A stretch of 64,000 bases of DNA. Origin: Vicinamibacteria bacterium (GTDB lineage Bacteria > Acidobacteriota > Vicinamibacteria > Vicinamibacterales > JAENWD01). The position numbers and the translations under genes are program-made. Positions 55,095 to 64,000 of the stretch are shown piece by piece; the first letter of the stretch is position 1; each line of letters begins with the position of its first letter. The stretch is taken from positions 5,167 to 69,166 of the forward strand of contig CAVXNR010000006.1 in the NCBI GenBank assembly GCA_963763095.1, written 5' to 3'. The notes beneath the pieces are model-generated. The model was not told the origin of the DNA. It was given only the letters and a program-made list of their open reading frames with translations, and searched no databases.

Positions 55095-55928
55095 TTACGC
55101 CGCCGGACGTGTGACGCAGGCTTCGAGTGCGGCGAACTCCTCGGCTGGCAACGAGACCGTGCCGAGCGACGAACGGCCGTTCCGATCGTCGCCGTGGTAG
55201 TCGGAGCCGCCGCTGATCGCCAATCCGAACCGACGTGCCAGGCCGGCGTAGCGCGTCACGTCCGCGGCGCTGTGTTCGGAGTGATGAACTTCGATCGCGG
55301 GCAGGCCATTCCCCACCCACCCCTCGATGAGCTCGTCGTGTCCGATCAGCCCCGGATGAGCGAGTGACGCCACGCCGCCAGCCCTCGCAATCGTTTGGAT
55401 GACCTCACCCGGTGCCGCACCCTTCCGCGGCATCCAGGCGGGACAGCCTTCACCAATCAGCTGCTGGAACGCGGCACCGGGCGTGTTGACGTGGCCGGCA
55501 GCGACGAGCGCCTGCGCAATCGCGGGGCGGCCGATCGACCAGTCGGGTCGGGTGGCGAGCGGCCTCAGCAGCGCGTCCAGATCGATCGGCTTCCCGAGCT
55601 CGGCGAGCCGCCTCGCCATCTCGCGCGCACGTTCCACGCGAGCGGCGCGTTGCGCCTCCAAGAACATCGTCAACTCGCGGTTGTCGGGCTCGAGGAAGTA
55701 ACCGAGGACGTGCACGTCCCCATCGTCCAGAACGGCCGTAATCTCGATCCCCGCGACGACACGGATGCCGAAGTCGCGCCCGGCGCGCGTGGCATCGGCC
55801 ACTCCGGCCATCGTGTCGTGATCGGTCACCGCGATCGTGCGGAGGCCGGCCTGCCAGGCCAGGCGCACCAGCGTTGGTGGGTCGCAGCGGCCGTCGGACG
55901 CAGTGGTATGGAGGTGGAGATCGATCAC
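55095..55928 (-). CDS. PHP-domain phosphoesterase (TrpH/YciV-like)
   Basis: Its motifs are MIDLHLHTTASDG, AVTDHDT, GIEIT, SLAHP and SGGSDYHG. Confidence 0.9.
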   Translation of the reverse strand: MIDLHLHTTASDGRCDPPTLVRLAWQAGLRTIAVTDHDTMAGVADATRAGRDFGIRVVAGIEITAVLDDGDVHVLGYFLEPDNRELTMFLEAQRAARVERAREMARRLAELGKPIDLDALLRPLATRPDWSIGRPAIAQALVAAGHVNTPGAAFQQLIGEGCPAWMPRKGAAPGEVIQTIARAGGVASLAHPGLIGHDELIEGWVGNGLPAIEVHHSEHSAADVTRYAGLARRFGLAISGGSDYHGDDRNGRSSLGTVSLPAEEFAALEACVTRPAA

Positions 55929-55938
55929 CTTACGGCGA

Positions 55939-56931
55939 TCAGCGGCGGGCGGCCGGCGCGCTCGCGGTGGTCGCTGCGCTGCGCGGGGACCGGCCGCGAC
56001 CCTGCCGCTTCAGGAGCGCGCGATATTCGCGGATGAGGAGGTCCAGGTGCTGGCGCTCCTCGTCGGCGAACTCCAGGAAGATCAGCTTGCCCTCGGAGTC
56101 CTCGAACCGCTCGCCGTATCGTTTGAAGAAGCGATGAGAGCCGCGCTCGCAGCGGATGCCGATCATCAGCGCCTTCAGATCGTCGACGCCGTCGGCCGCG
56201 AGGCTCGCCGCCCCTTCGGCAAACAGCCCGTTCGCCGCGCCCTTGAAGAAGAGAAACGTCGGATGAGACTCGAGCTGCGGATCCCGCGCGAGCAGCACCT
56301 TGTAGCGCTGCTCGAGGGTGCCGAGGTGCTCGCGCTCCTCCTCCGCCAGCTTCTTGAATACGCTGCGGCCGCGCGGGTCGCGCGCGATGGCGGCGGCGCG
56401 GGTGTAGAACTCGAGGCCGCTGCGTTCGGTCGCGATCGCGATGCGCAACGCGTCGCGCGCGAAGAGCGCCTCGGTCGTGCTGCCGTCGATCGCGGGCGCC
56501 TTCCGGCCGGTGCGGCAGTTCTCGCATTCGCCGTAGATCTGCACGACGCTCTGACGAGCGGCGAAATTGCGCGCCGTGGCGACCTCTTCGATGAACGCCT
56601 CGATGTCGGAGCTCAGGAACTCGGACGACTGGTTGCAGGTCTTGCAGATCAGGTGAAAGTGGCGCGGGTGCCGGTAGGAGTGCTCGAACCGGAAGCGGCC
56701 TTCACCGAAATCGACCTTCCGCGCGATGCCGGCGTCGACCATCCACTGGAGCGTGCGGTAGACCGTAGCGCGGCTGATGCGCGGGTCTTCACGCCGCGTG
56801 ATGTCGAAGAGATCGTCGGCACTGAGGTGTCCCTCCTGCTTGAGGAACACGTTCAGAATCAGGTCGCGCTTGCTCGACCGCTTGGCCCCCGCGGGGCGGA
56901 GCCGCTCTATGTCGGGAATGGTGGTGCTCAT
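55939..56931 (-). CDS. Fur-family regulator fused to a rubrerythrin/ferritin-like diiron domain
   Basis: The N-terminal ~145 aa are Fur-like: a winged helix (RATVYRTLQWMVDAGI), HFHLICKTC and YGECENC. The C-terminal ~170 aa carry two E...ExxH pairs (ATERSGLEFY/AEEEREH and CERGSHRFF/ADEERQH). Confidence 0.85.
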   Translation of the reverse strand: MSTTIPDIERLRPAGAKRSSKRDLILNVFLKQEGHLSADDLFDITRREDPRISRATVYRTLQWMVDAGIARKVDFGEGRFRFEHSYRHPRHFHLICKTCNQSSEFLSSDIEAFIEEVATARNFAARQSVVQIYGECENCRTGRKAPAIDGSTTEALFARDALRIAIATERSGLEFYTRAAAIARDPRGRSVFKKLAEEEREHLGTLEQRYKVLLARDPQLESHPTFLFFKGAANGLFAEGAASLAADGVDDLKALMIGIRCERGSHRFFKRYGERFEDSEGKLIFLEFADEERQHLDLLIREYRALLKRQGRGRSPRSAATTASAPAARR

Positions 56932-57009
56932 GCGCGGGACATGACGAGTGACCGCGCGCAGCCGTCAGCCTTCAGCGACGCGACACGTCGGTGCCCACCG
57001 CCCACGGTG

Positions 57010-57336
57010 CTAGCTCGTGCTGAACGACTGGCCGCAGCCGCACGTGGACACGGCATTCGGGTTCTTGATCGTGAAGCCGCCGCCCGTCACAGTGTCGAGG
57101 AAGTCGACGTGGGCGCCACCCAGGTAACGAACGCTGATCGGGTCGATGTACAGCTTGACGCCGTTCGACTCGTACACCTGATCCGCGTCGGTGCCAGCCT
57201 CTTCGATCATCAGCCCGTACTGGAAACCCGAGCACCCGCCGCCCTGCACGAACACGCGCAGCCCGCTGCCTTCCTTGTTCTCTTCCGCCAGCAACTCGGT
57301 GATCTTCGCTGCAGCAATCGGGGAGATATCAATCAT
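57010..57336 (-). CDS. erpA: Fe-S cluster insertion/A-type carrier protein (ErpA/IscA, HesB family)
   Basis: A 108-aa ORF with GGGCSGFQY and a C-terminal CGCGQSF. Confidence 0.92.
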   Translation of the reverse strand: MIDISPIAAAKITELLAEENKEGSGLRVFVQGGGCSGFQYGLMIEEAGTDADQVYESNGVKLYIDPISVRYLGGAHVDFLDTVTGGGFTIKNPNAVSTCGCGQSFSTS

Positions 57337-57360
57337 CTGTTAGGCTCTCCTGACCGTCCA

Positions 57361-57390
57361 ATTATAGCGAACGGAACCAAGTGCGGACAA
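57361..57390 (-). promoter_or_regulatory. Sigma-70-like promoter for erpA
   Basis: On the reverse strand: TTGTCC (57390..57385), an 18-nt spacer, then TATAAT (57366..57361). The -10 box lies 24 nt upstream of the erpA ATG, with CAGGAGAG between them. Confidence 0.4.
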
Positions 57391-57499
57391 GTCCTTGCGG
57401 AATCAGCTACTTAGCGGCCGCATCAGCATGCGAGCCGGCCTGAACGCCTGCTGTTATCGGCCGCGTCGCCCGGATGAGCACGCGACCGCTCCGTGTTCT

Positions 57500-58376
57500 A
57501 TGTCATTACTTGCGCGCGCCGAAGCCCGCTGGCAGCAGATCGAGGCCGAAGTGCCTGCCGAGGCACTTCGGCTGCACCGGCGGCTCCTGACGCGACAAAT
57601 ACGCCTGGTCGAGGATGGCGCGGTGACTCCGCCGGACCTCCGCGTGCTGGACGGGCGGGCCGTCGAACGCCGCCTCGGGACCGGAAGGCCGGTGCTGCGC
57701 GACATTCATGTGCCCGGGGTGCCGGTGGCACGTGTCGCGGCGGCAGATGCTCGCGTTTCTCGACGAGCTCGCGTGGGGTGGCGCGGGCGAGGCTGCGCGC
57801 AAGATCGCACGTGCGCTGGAGCGCGGGACCCTGGACCTCCCGTCGGTGTGCGCGGCATCGCTCGCTCGCGATGAAGCCGCCGCGCGCGCGCTGGCCGCGG
57901 AGGGCGGCCTGAACCTGCAGGTGCTGTGGATGGCTGCCGACCTGGTGACGGCACCGATCGCGAACGCCATACAGGAGACCCTGCTCACCGAAGGGGATGA
58001 AGGCGTCCGTCAGGCACTGGCGGGTTGGAGCCGCGGCACGTGCCCAGCATGCGGCAACTGGCCCGCGCTCGCTGAGTTCTTCTTCGGCGAGCGCCTGCAC
58101 CGGTGCGCGTACTGCGCGGCCGCCTGGCGCATCGAGTCGCGTGGCTGCACGTCCTGCGGCGAACAGGGCGAGCACTTCCGCACCATCCCGATCGACCGCG
58201 GCCGCCCCGGCAAGCGCCTCGAGGTCTGCCGCCGCTGCGGCGCTTACCTGAAGACCATCGACGTGGCGAGCCCTGCGCCGTTTCCCCTGCTCGCCATCGA
58301 AGACTTCGCCACGGCCGATCTCGATCGGGCCGCCGCCGCTCACGGGTTCAGGCGGATGGCGCTGCGGGGCGATTGA
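57500..58376 (+). CDS. fdhE: FdhE-like formate dehydrogenase accessory protein; one frame break
   Basis: The N-terminal helical part lies in ORF 57395.. (MSLLARAEARWQQIEAE...). The frame shifts near 57720 into ORF 57708..58376. That part carries four Cys pairs (CPACG, CAYC, CTSCG, CRRCG) and IEDFATADLD. Confidence 0.8.
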
Positions 58377-58520
58377 GCCCACCATGCCGGCGATACCGGA
58401 ACGCGTGTCGATTGCGCAACTCGCCGTTCGACGAACGGGTGCAGGCGGTAGGCAGGTCGACGTTCGCGTGTTCAGCCTACAATGGTCGTTTCTGAACTGC
58501 TCATGGACGGAGACGTGGAG

Positions 58521-59643
58521 ATGTTGCTACGCAGTGTGCCCATCCTCTGCCTGGCGTTCGCTGTCGGCTGCGGCCGCACAGCACCGCAGGGAGGGCCGGG
58601 TGGTGCCGGCGCGATGCCGCCCGCAGACGTGAAGATGGTGACCTTGTCGGCGAAGCCTGTACCGCGAACTTCCGAGTTCGTGGCCAGCATCCGCTCGCTG
58701 GCCTCTACGACCGTGCAGCCGCAGGTCGAAGGCATCGTGACTCGCGTGCTGGTACGTTCCGGCGACCGCGTGCGGGCCGGCCAGCCGCTCGTGCAGATTG
58801 ATCCCGACAAGCAGCAGGCTTCTGTTTCCAGCCTCGAGGCGAACCGGGCTGCACGTCAGGCGGATGTTGCATACGCCACGCAGCAGCTCGGCCGTCTGCA
58901 GAAGCTGTTCGAAGCCGGCGCCGTGAGCCAGCAGGAACTGGAGCAGGCGCAGACCGCCGCGGACACGGCCAAAGCCCAGCTCCAGGCCACCGAAGCCGGC
59001 ATCCGCGAGAGCCGCGTGGAGCTTGGATACTACCGGGTGGGTGCGCCGGCGGCCGGAATCGTCGGGGACGTGCCCGTCCGCACCGGCGATCGCGTCACGA
59101 ACAGCACGGTCATCACGACGATCGATTCACCCCAGGGGCTCGAGGCTTACGTCTCGGTGCCCCTCGAGCGCGCCGCCGACCTGCGGCTCGGTTTGCCGCT
59201 GCAGCTGGTGGATGACACGGGGACCGTCGTCGCGGAGAACCCGCTTACCTTCATCGCGCCGCGTGCCGACGATGCGACGCAGTCGGTGCTGGTGAAAGCG
59301 CAGCTGCGGAATCAACCTCCTGCCCTCCGCGTGATGCAGTACGCACGCGCGCGCATCGTCTGGAGCAACGACCCGGCGCTGACCATTCCGGTGGTCGCAG
59401 TGAATCGCCTCGGCGGCCAGTACCTTCGTGTACGTCGCCGAGTCCGCCGGGGCGGGACTCGTGGCGCGACAGAAGCCGATTAGCGTTGGTGAGATCGTGG
59501 GTGACGATTACATCGTGCAGACCGGCCTGAAAGCGGGCGAGCAGATTATCGTGTCGAACCTGCAGAAGATTGGCGACGGCGCGCCGGTACGTGCCGTGTC
59601 GTCCGATGCGCCCGGGGCTCCGGCTCCGGCGCCGGCGAGCTGA
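58521..59643 (+). CDS. RND efflux periplasmic adaptor (membrane fusion protein); one frame break
   Basis: It has a lipoprotein signal (MLLRSVPILCLAFAVGC), a coiled-coil hairpin (QQASVSSLEANRAARQADV...QQELEQAQTAADTAKAQLQA) and a beta-barrel part. The frame shifts at ~59424 into ORF 59428..59643. Confidence 0.88.
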
Positions 59644-59646
59644 CCC

Positions 59647-62600
59647 ATGTTCGTCGACACTTTCATCCAACGACCCATCCTGGCGACCGTCTGTTCGTTG
59701 GTCATCGTTCTGGCGGGCGCCCTGGCAATCCCGACCATGCCGGTCGCGCAGTATCCGGACGTCGCGCCGCCGCAGGTGACCGTCGTCGCGGTATACACCG
59801 GCGCCAACGCGGAGGCGGTCGAAACGGCGGTCACCACTCCCCTGGAACAGGCCATCAACGGCGTCGAGGGCATGCTCTACATGACCTCATCGAGCAGCAA
59901 CAGTGGCCTCTGCCAGATCAACGTCACCTTCGACGTGACACGCAATGGCGACTTCGCGCTCGTCGACGTTCAGAACCGCGTGAACCAGGCGATTGGGCGC
60001 CTGCCCGCCGAAGTGCGCCAGCTGGGCCTGACGGTGCAGAAACAGTCGAACAACTTCGTGCTCGGGGCCGGCGTGTACTCCGAGCGCGGCCGATACGACT
60101 CGCTGTTCATGTCGAACTTCATCGACGTGTACGTGAAGGACGCGCTGAAGCGCGTGCCCGGCGTCGCCGACGTGATGGTGTTCGGCGAGCGCAAGTATTC
60201 GATGCGGCTCTGGCTGGACCCGGCCCGGCTCGCCGCCCGGGGCATCACCGCGGGTGACGTGGTCAACGCGTTGCGCGAGCAGAACGTGCAGGTTGCCGCG
60301 GGCAGCATCGGCGACGCGCCAGCGCGTGCGGGCCAGACGTATCAGATCAGCGTGCGCGCCGCCGGCCGGCTGCGGGAGGCCCGCGAGTTCGACAACATCA
60401 TCGTGAAACGGGGCGACGAAGGCACGCTGGTCCGGCTGAAGGACATCGGCGCGGCGGAGCTCGGTGCCGAGGCCTACGGATCCATCCTCCGCTTCATGTC
60501 GTTCGACGCGGTGGGTTTCGGGGTGCTCGCACTGCCAAGCGCCAACGCCCTCGATGTGGAGCGGGGCGTGATCGCCGAGCTCGAGCGGCTCAAACCCAGC
60601 TTCCCGCCCGGACTGCAGTACCAGGTCGCCTTCAACACGACGGAAGCGATGCAGGAATCGATCTGGGAAGTGGTGAAGACGCTCTTCGAGGCCGTCATCC
60701 TGGTTGTCGTGGTGATGTTCCTCTTCCTTCAGAGCTGGCGCGCGACGATCATCCCGGCGCTCACCCTGCCGGTGGCGCTCATCGGCACCTTCGCATTCGT
60801 CAAGCTGCTCGGCTTCTCCATCAACACGTTGACGCTCTTCGCCATCGTTCTCTCGACCGGCATCGTCGTGGACGATGCAATCGTGGTCATCGAGAACATC
60901 GAGCGGCACATCCAGGACTACGGGACGCGCGCGGCCCGCGCCGCCTCGGATGCCATGACAGAGGTGTTCGGCGCGGTCATCGCGACGTCACTCGCGCTGG
61001 TGTCGGTGTTCGTCCCGGTAGCGTTCTTCCCGGGAACGACAGGGCGTCTCGTACGCGCAGTTCGCCCTTACCATCGCGTTCGCCGTGGTGCTGTCCATGT
61101 TCAACGCGCTCACCCTCACGCCGGCGTTGTCGGCGCGCCTGCTCCGCGGCGGAGGGGCACACGGCAAAGGGCGCGTCTTCGGTTCAATCGAAGCGGTCAT
61201 CCGCCGGGGCACCGACGTGTATGTGAGCGTGCTGTCGCGGCTGATGCGTGTGCGGTGGGTCGTCGTGGCGCTCTTCGTCGTCTCACTGGGCCTCACGGGG
61301 CTGGCGTATCAATGGGTGCCCCGATCGTTCGTGCCCGAGGAGGATCAGGGATGGTTCATGACGATCATTCAGGCGCCCGCTGGATCATCGCTCGAGAACA
61401 CCTCGAACGTCGCCCAGGAAGCCGAACGCGTGCTGATGGCCACGCCCGAGGTGCGCGCGGTGTTCTCCATCGTCGGCTTCAGCTTCGCCGGCAGTGCGCC
61501 CAACCAGGCGATGATTTTTTGCTCGCTGAAGCCGTTCGACGAGCGCAAGAGTGAGGAGCACAGGCTGCAGGCGGTGCTCACACGTCTACGGGGGCAGCTG
61601 TTCGGCATCCAGGGCGGGATGGTGATTCCGTTCGCACCGCCCTCGATCAACGGACTGGGCGCCTTCGGCGGGTTCACCTTCGAGGTGCTCGATCTGCGGG
61701 GTGCAGACGTCAACCAGCTCGCCGCCGCCACGTGGGGGCTGATTGGCCAGTCGGCGCAGTCACAGCGGGTCACCGGGCTCTTCAGCTCGTTCACCGCCAA
61801 CGATCCGCAGCTCACCGTCGACATCGACCGGGACAAGGCACGCAGCCTCGGCCTGCCGGTCAGCGAGATCACGAGCGCCATGCAGATCTACCTGGGATCG
61901 GCCTACGTGAACGACTTCGACTTCAACAATCGCGCGTATCGCGTGTACGTGCAGGCGGACAAGGCATTTCGATCCGATCCGAAGAGCCTGGGGCAGTACT
62001 ACGCCCGGACGGACGGTGGCAGCATGGTGCCGCTCGCCAACGTCGTACGTGTGCGCGAGACCACGGCGCCTCAGGTCATCAGCCACTACAACCTGTTCCG
62101 GTCCGCTGAGATCAACGGCGGCGCGGCGCCGGGTTTCAGCTCGGGACAGGCGATCGATGAGATGGAAGCGCTCGCCAGGCGCACACTTCCCCAGGGGTTC
62201 GGCTTCACCTGGTCCGGCCTGTCGTTCGAGGAGATCAAGGCCGGGCGCCAGTCCATCTACATCTTCGCCATTGGCCTGCTGCTCGTGTACCTGACGCTCG
62301 CCGCGCAGTACGAATCGTTCGTCCTGCCGTTCATCGTCATGCTCGGCGTGCCGCTGGCGGTGCTCGGCGCGCTGACGGCGCAGGGCTTGCGCGGCTTGCA
62401 GAATGACATCTACTGCCAGATCGGGCTGGTGATGCTGATCGGCCTTGCTGCGAAGAACGCGATCCTGATCGTCGAGTTCGCGGAACAGCTCCGGGACCGC
62501 GGGATGTCCGTGGTGGAGGCGGCGACCGAGGCCGCGCGCATCCGTCTGCGGCCCATCCTGATGACATCGCTGGCGTTCATCCTGGGCGTCATGCCACTCG

Positions 62601-62782
62601 TGTTCGCGTCGGGCGCAGGTCAGGAGGGGCGTCATTCGGTGGGCACGGCGGTGGCGGGCGGGATGTTCTTCGCGACGTTCCTGAACATCCTGCTCATCCC
62701 GGTGCTCTACGCGACGGTGCAGACGCTCCGGGGTGAGACGCACCGCGGGCACAGGATCGACGAGGCGGCCGCCGATGCGTAG
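59647..62782 (+). CDS. RND (AcrB/HAE1-type) efflux permease; one frame break
   Basis: It begins MFVDTFIQRPILATV... and carries typical TM4 (VLSTGIVVDDAIVVIENIERH) and TM10 regions. An extra G near 61052 splits it into ORFs 59647..61554 and 61085..62782. Confidence 0.92.
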
Positions 62783-64000
62783 CAGCCGGTGGTCGATCAT
62801 GCTGTGTCTGCTGGCGGCAGCGCCCGCCGCGGCGCAGCCGGCGATGGAACGCCTGACGTTCGATGTGGCCATCGAGCGGGCCGTCACCCGGCACCCCACG
62901 GTCGAGCAGGCCGCGGCCGGCATCCTGCGGGCACAGGCCATCCTGCAGCAGGTAGGGTCCGCGTCATTTCCCTCCGTGGACGCAACGGTTCGATCGACGA
63001 CCATCGGACCGGTCCCGGAGTTCGGAGCGGAGACGATCGTTCCCCGCACGCAGGTCAACGCCGCAGCCAGTCTCGTGGTGCCGCTTCTCGTACCCGTCCG
63101 GTGGGCCGAGCGCGCCCAGGCACGAGACCAGGTGTTCGTCGCCGAGCGCGGCGCCGCCGATGTGCGCCGTCAGATCGCAGTCGCGGCGGCCCAGGCGTAC
63201 CTGGCCATCATCGCCGAGCGCCGCGTGCTCGAATCGATTACGCGGGCGCGCGACACGGCCCGCGCGCACTTCGAGTACGCCCAGCAGCGGTTGGAGGGCG
63301 GCGTCGGCAGCCGTCTGAACGCGCTGCGCGCGCAGCAGGAGTTGTCCGGTGACGAGGCCCGGGTGGAGGTCACGCTGCTCGCGGTGCGGCGGGCGCAGGA
63401 GGCGCTCGGCGTGCTCATAGCCGGGGAGGGGCCGGCGGATGCTGCCGGGGAGCCGGCGTTCGACATTCCTGCGGAGTTGCTCGGGGCCGAAGCGGCGACG
63501 CCCGAGGTTTCCGGTGCGGCGGCGGGAGGCTCCGGGGGCTGGCTGCTGGAGCGTGCCGACGTCCGGCTGCTGAACGCACAGGTCGCCGCGGCCGAGCGGG
63601 TCCTGTCCGACGCGTGGAAGAACTATCTGCCGGAGGTCTCCGGGTTCGTCGGCCCGCAGGTTCTGGCGCCCTCGGGGCTCTTCGCGCCAGCGCGCAGCTG
63701 GAGCGCCGCCGTGCTCTTCTCGGTGCCGGTCTTCGACGCTGGCGGGCGGCGCGGGATCACCCGCGAGCGTCGAGCGCTCCTCGACACCGTGCGCGCGGAG
63801 CGCAGCCTCATCGAACGGCGGGCGCGAGCGGAAGTGCGGATTGCGGGTGAGGCGATCCGCAGCAACGAGCGGGCACTGGCGCAGGCCAGAGCCGCCGCGG
63901 AGCAGGCGAACGAAGTCGTCCGCATCACCGACGTCGCATTTCGCGCGGGCGCTATGACCAACATCGAGGTGATTGACGCACAGCGGCGTGCGCGCGACAC
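62775..64000 (+). CDS. Outer-membrane efflux protein (TolC/OMF family), 3'-partial
   Basis: It is an open frame from the ATG at 62775, which overlaps the RND stop by 8 nt, to the window end. It is absent from the ORF track because no stop falls within the window. It has a signal peptide (MRSSRWSIMLCLLAAAPAAAQ) and two TolC-like helical repeats (...AQAYLAIIAERRVLES..., ...ITDVAFRAGAMTNIEVIDAQR...). Confidence 0.85.
   Translation, partial: MRSSRWSIMLCLLAAAPAAAQPAMERLTFDVAIERAVTRHPTVEQAAAGILRAQAILQQVGSASFPSVDATVRSTTIGPVPEFGAETIVPRTQVNAAASLVVPLLVPVRWAERAQARDQVFVAERGAADVRRQIAVAAAQAYLAIIAERRVLESITRARDTARAHFEYAQQRLEGGVGSRLNALRAQQELSGDEARVEVTLLAVRRAQEALGVLIAGEGPADAAGEPAFDIPAELLGAEAATPEVSGAAAGGSGGWLLERADVRLLNAQVAAAERVLSDAWKNYLPEVSGFVGPQVLAPSGLFAPARSWSAAVLFSVPVFDAGGRRGITRERRALLDTVRAERSLIERRARAEVRIAGEAIRSNERALAQARAAAEQANEVVRITDVAFRAGAMTNIEVIDAQRRARD

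Overview
This is a high-GC bacterial chromosomal window with about 50 protein genes and no rRNA, CRISPR array or intact mobile element. The gene content looks Acidobacteriota-like, which is an inference from three things: a PadR regulator next to an ADOP-type duplicated FtsX permease, TIGR02999/ECF43-type sigma factors coupled to Ser/Thr kinases, and PD40 beta-propeller kinases.

Main blocks, in order:
- A frame-broken P-type ATPase.
- An operon of a haem-c/beta-barrel fusion protein and a pentahaem cytochrome.
- A VIT1 transporter.
- Four large Ser/Thr kinases, two of them translationally coupled to ECF sigma genes.
- Two K+ channels and a Ca2+/H+ exchanger.
- An envelope glycosylation block (ATP-grasp, two GT-C-like membrane proteins, bactofilin, CDP-alcohol transferase, GtrA, BNR protein).
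- A stress and iron block (two cold-shock genes, tRNA-Sec, SodC, a Fur-erythrin fusion, ErpA, FdhE).
- A tripartite RND efflux operon that runs off the 3' end.

Features the ORF track cannot show:
- A hand-folded selC (tRNA-Sec) at 52235..52332.
- A dispersed repeat family with six units at five loci, mostly beside kinase genes.
- A 23-bp perfect palindrome.
- Heptamer tandem repeats.
- REP-like hairpins.

At least 15 frame breaks split otherwise intact genes. Nearly all need removal of one base, which suggests insertion-biased sequence error rather than true pseudogenes. No search tools were run. All family calls rest on motifs read by eye.
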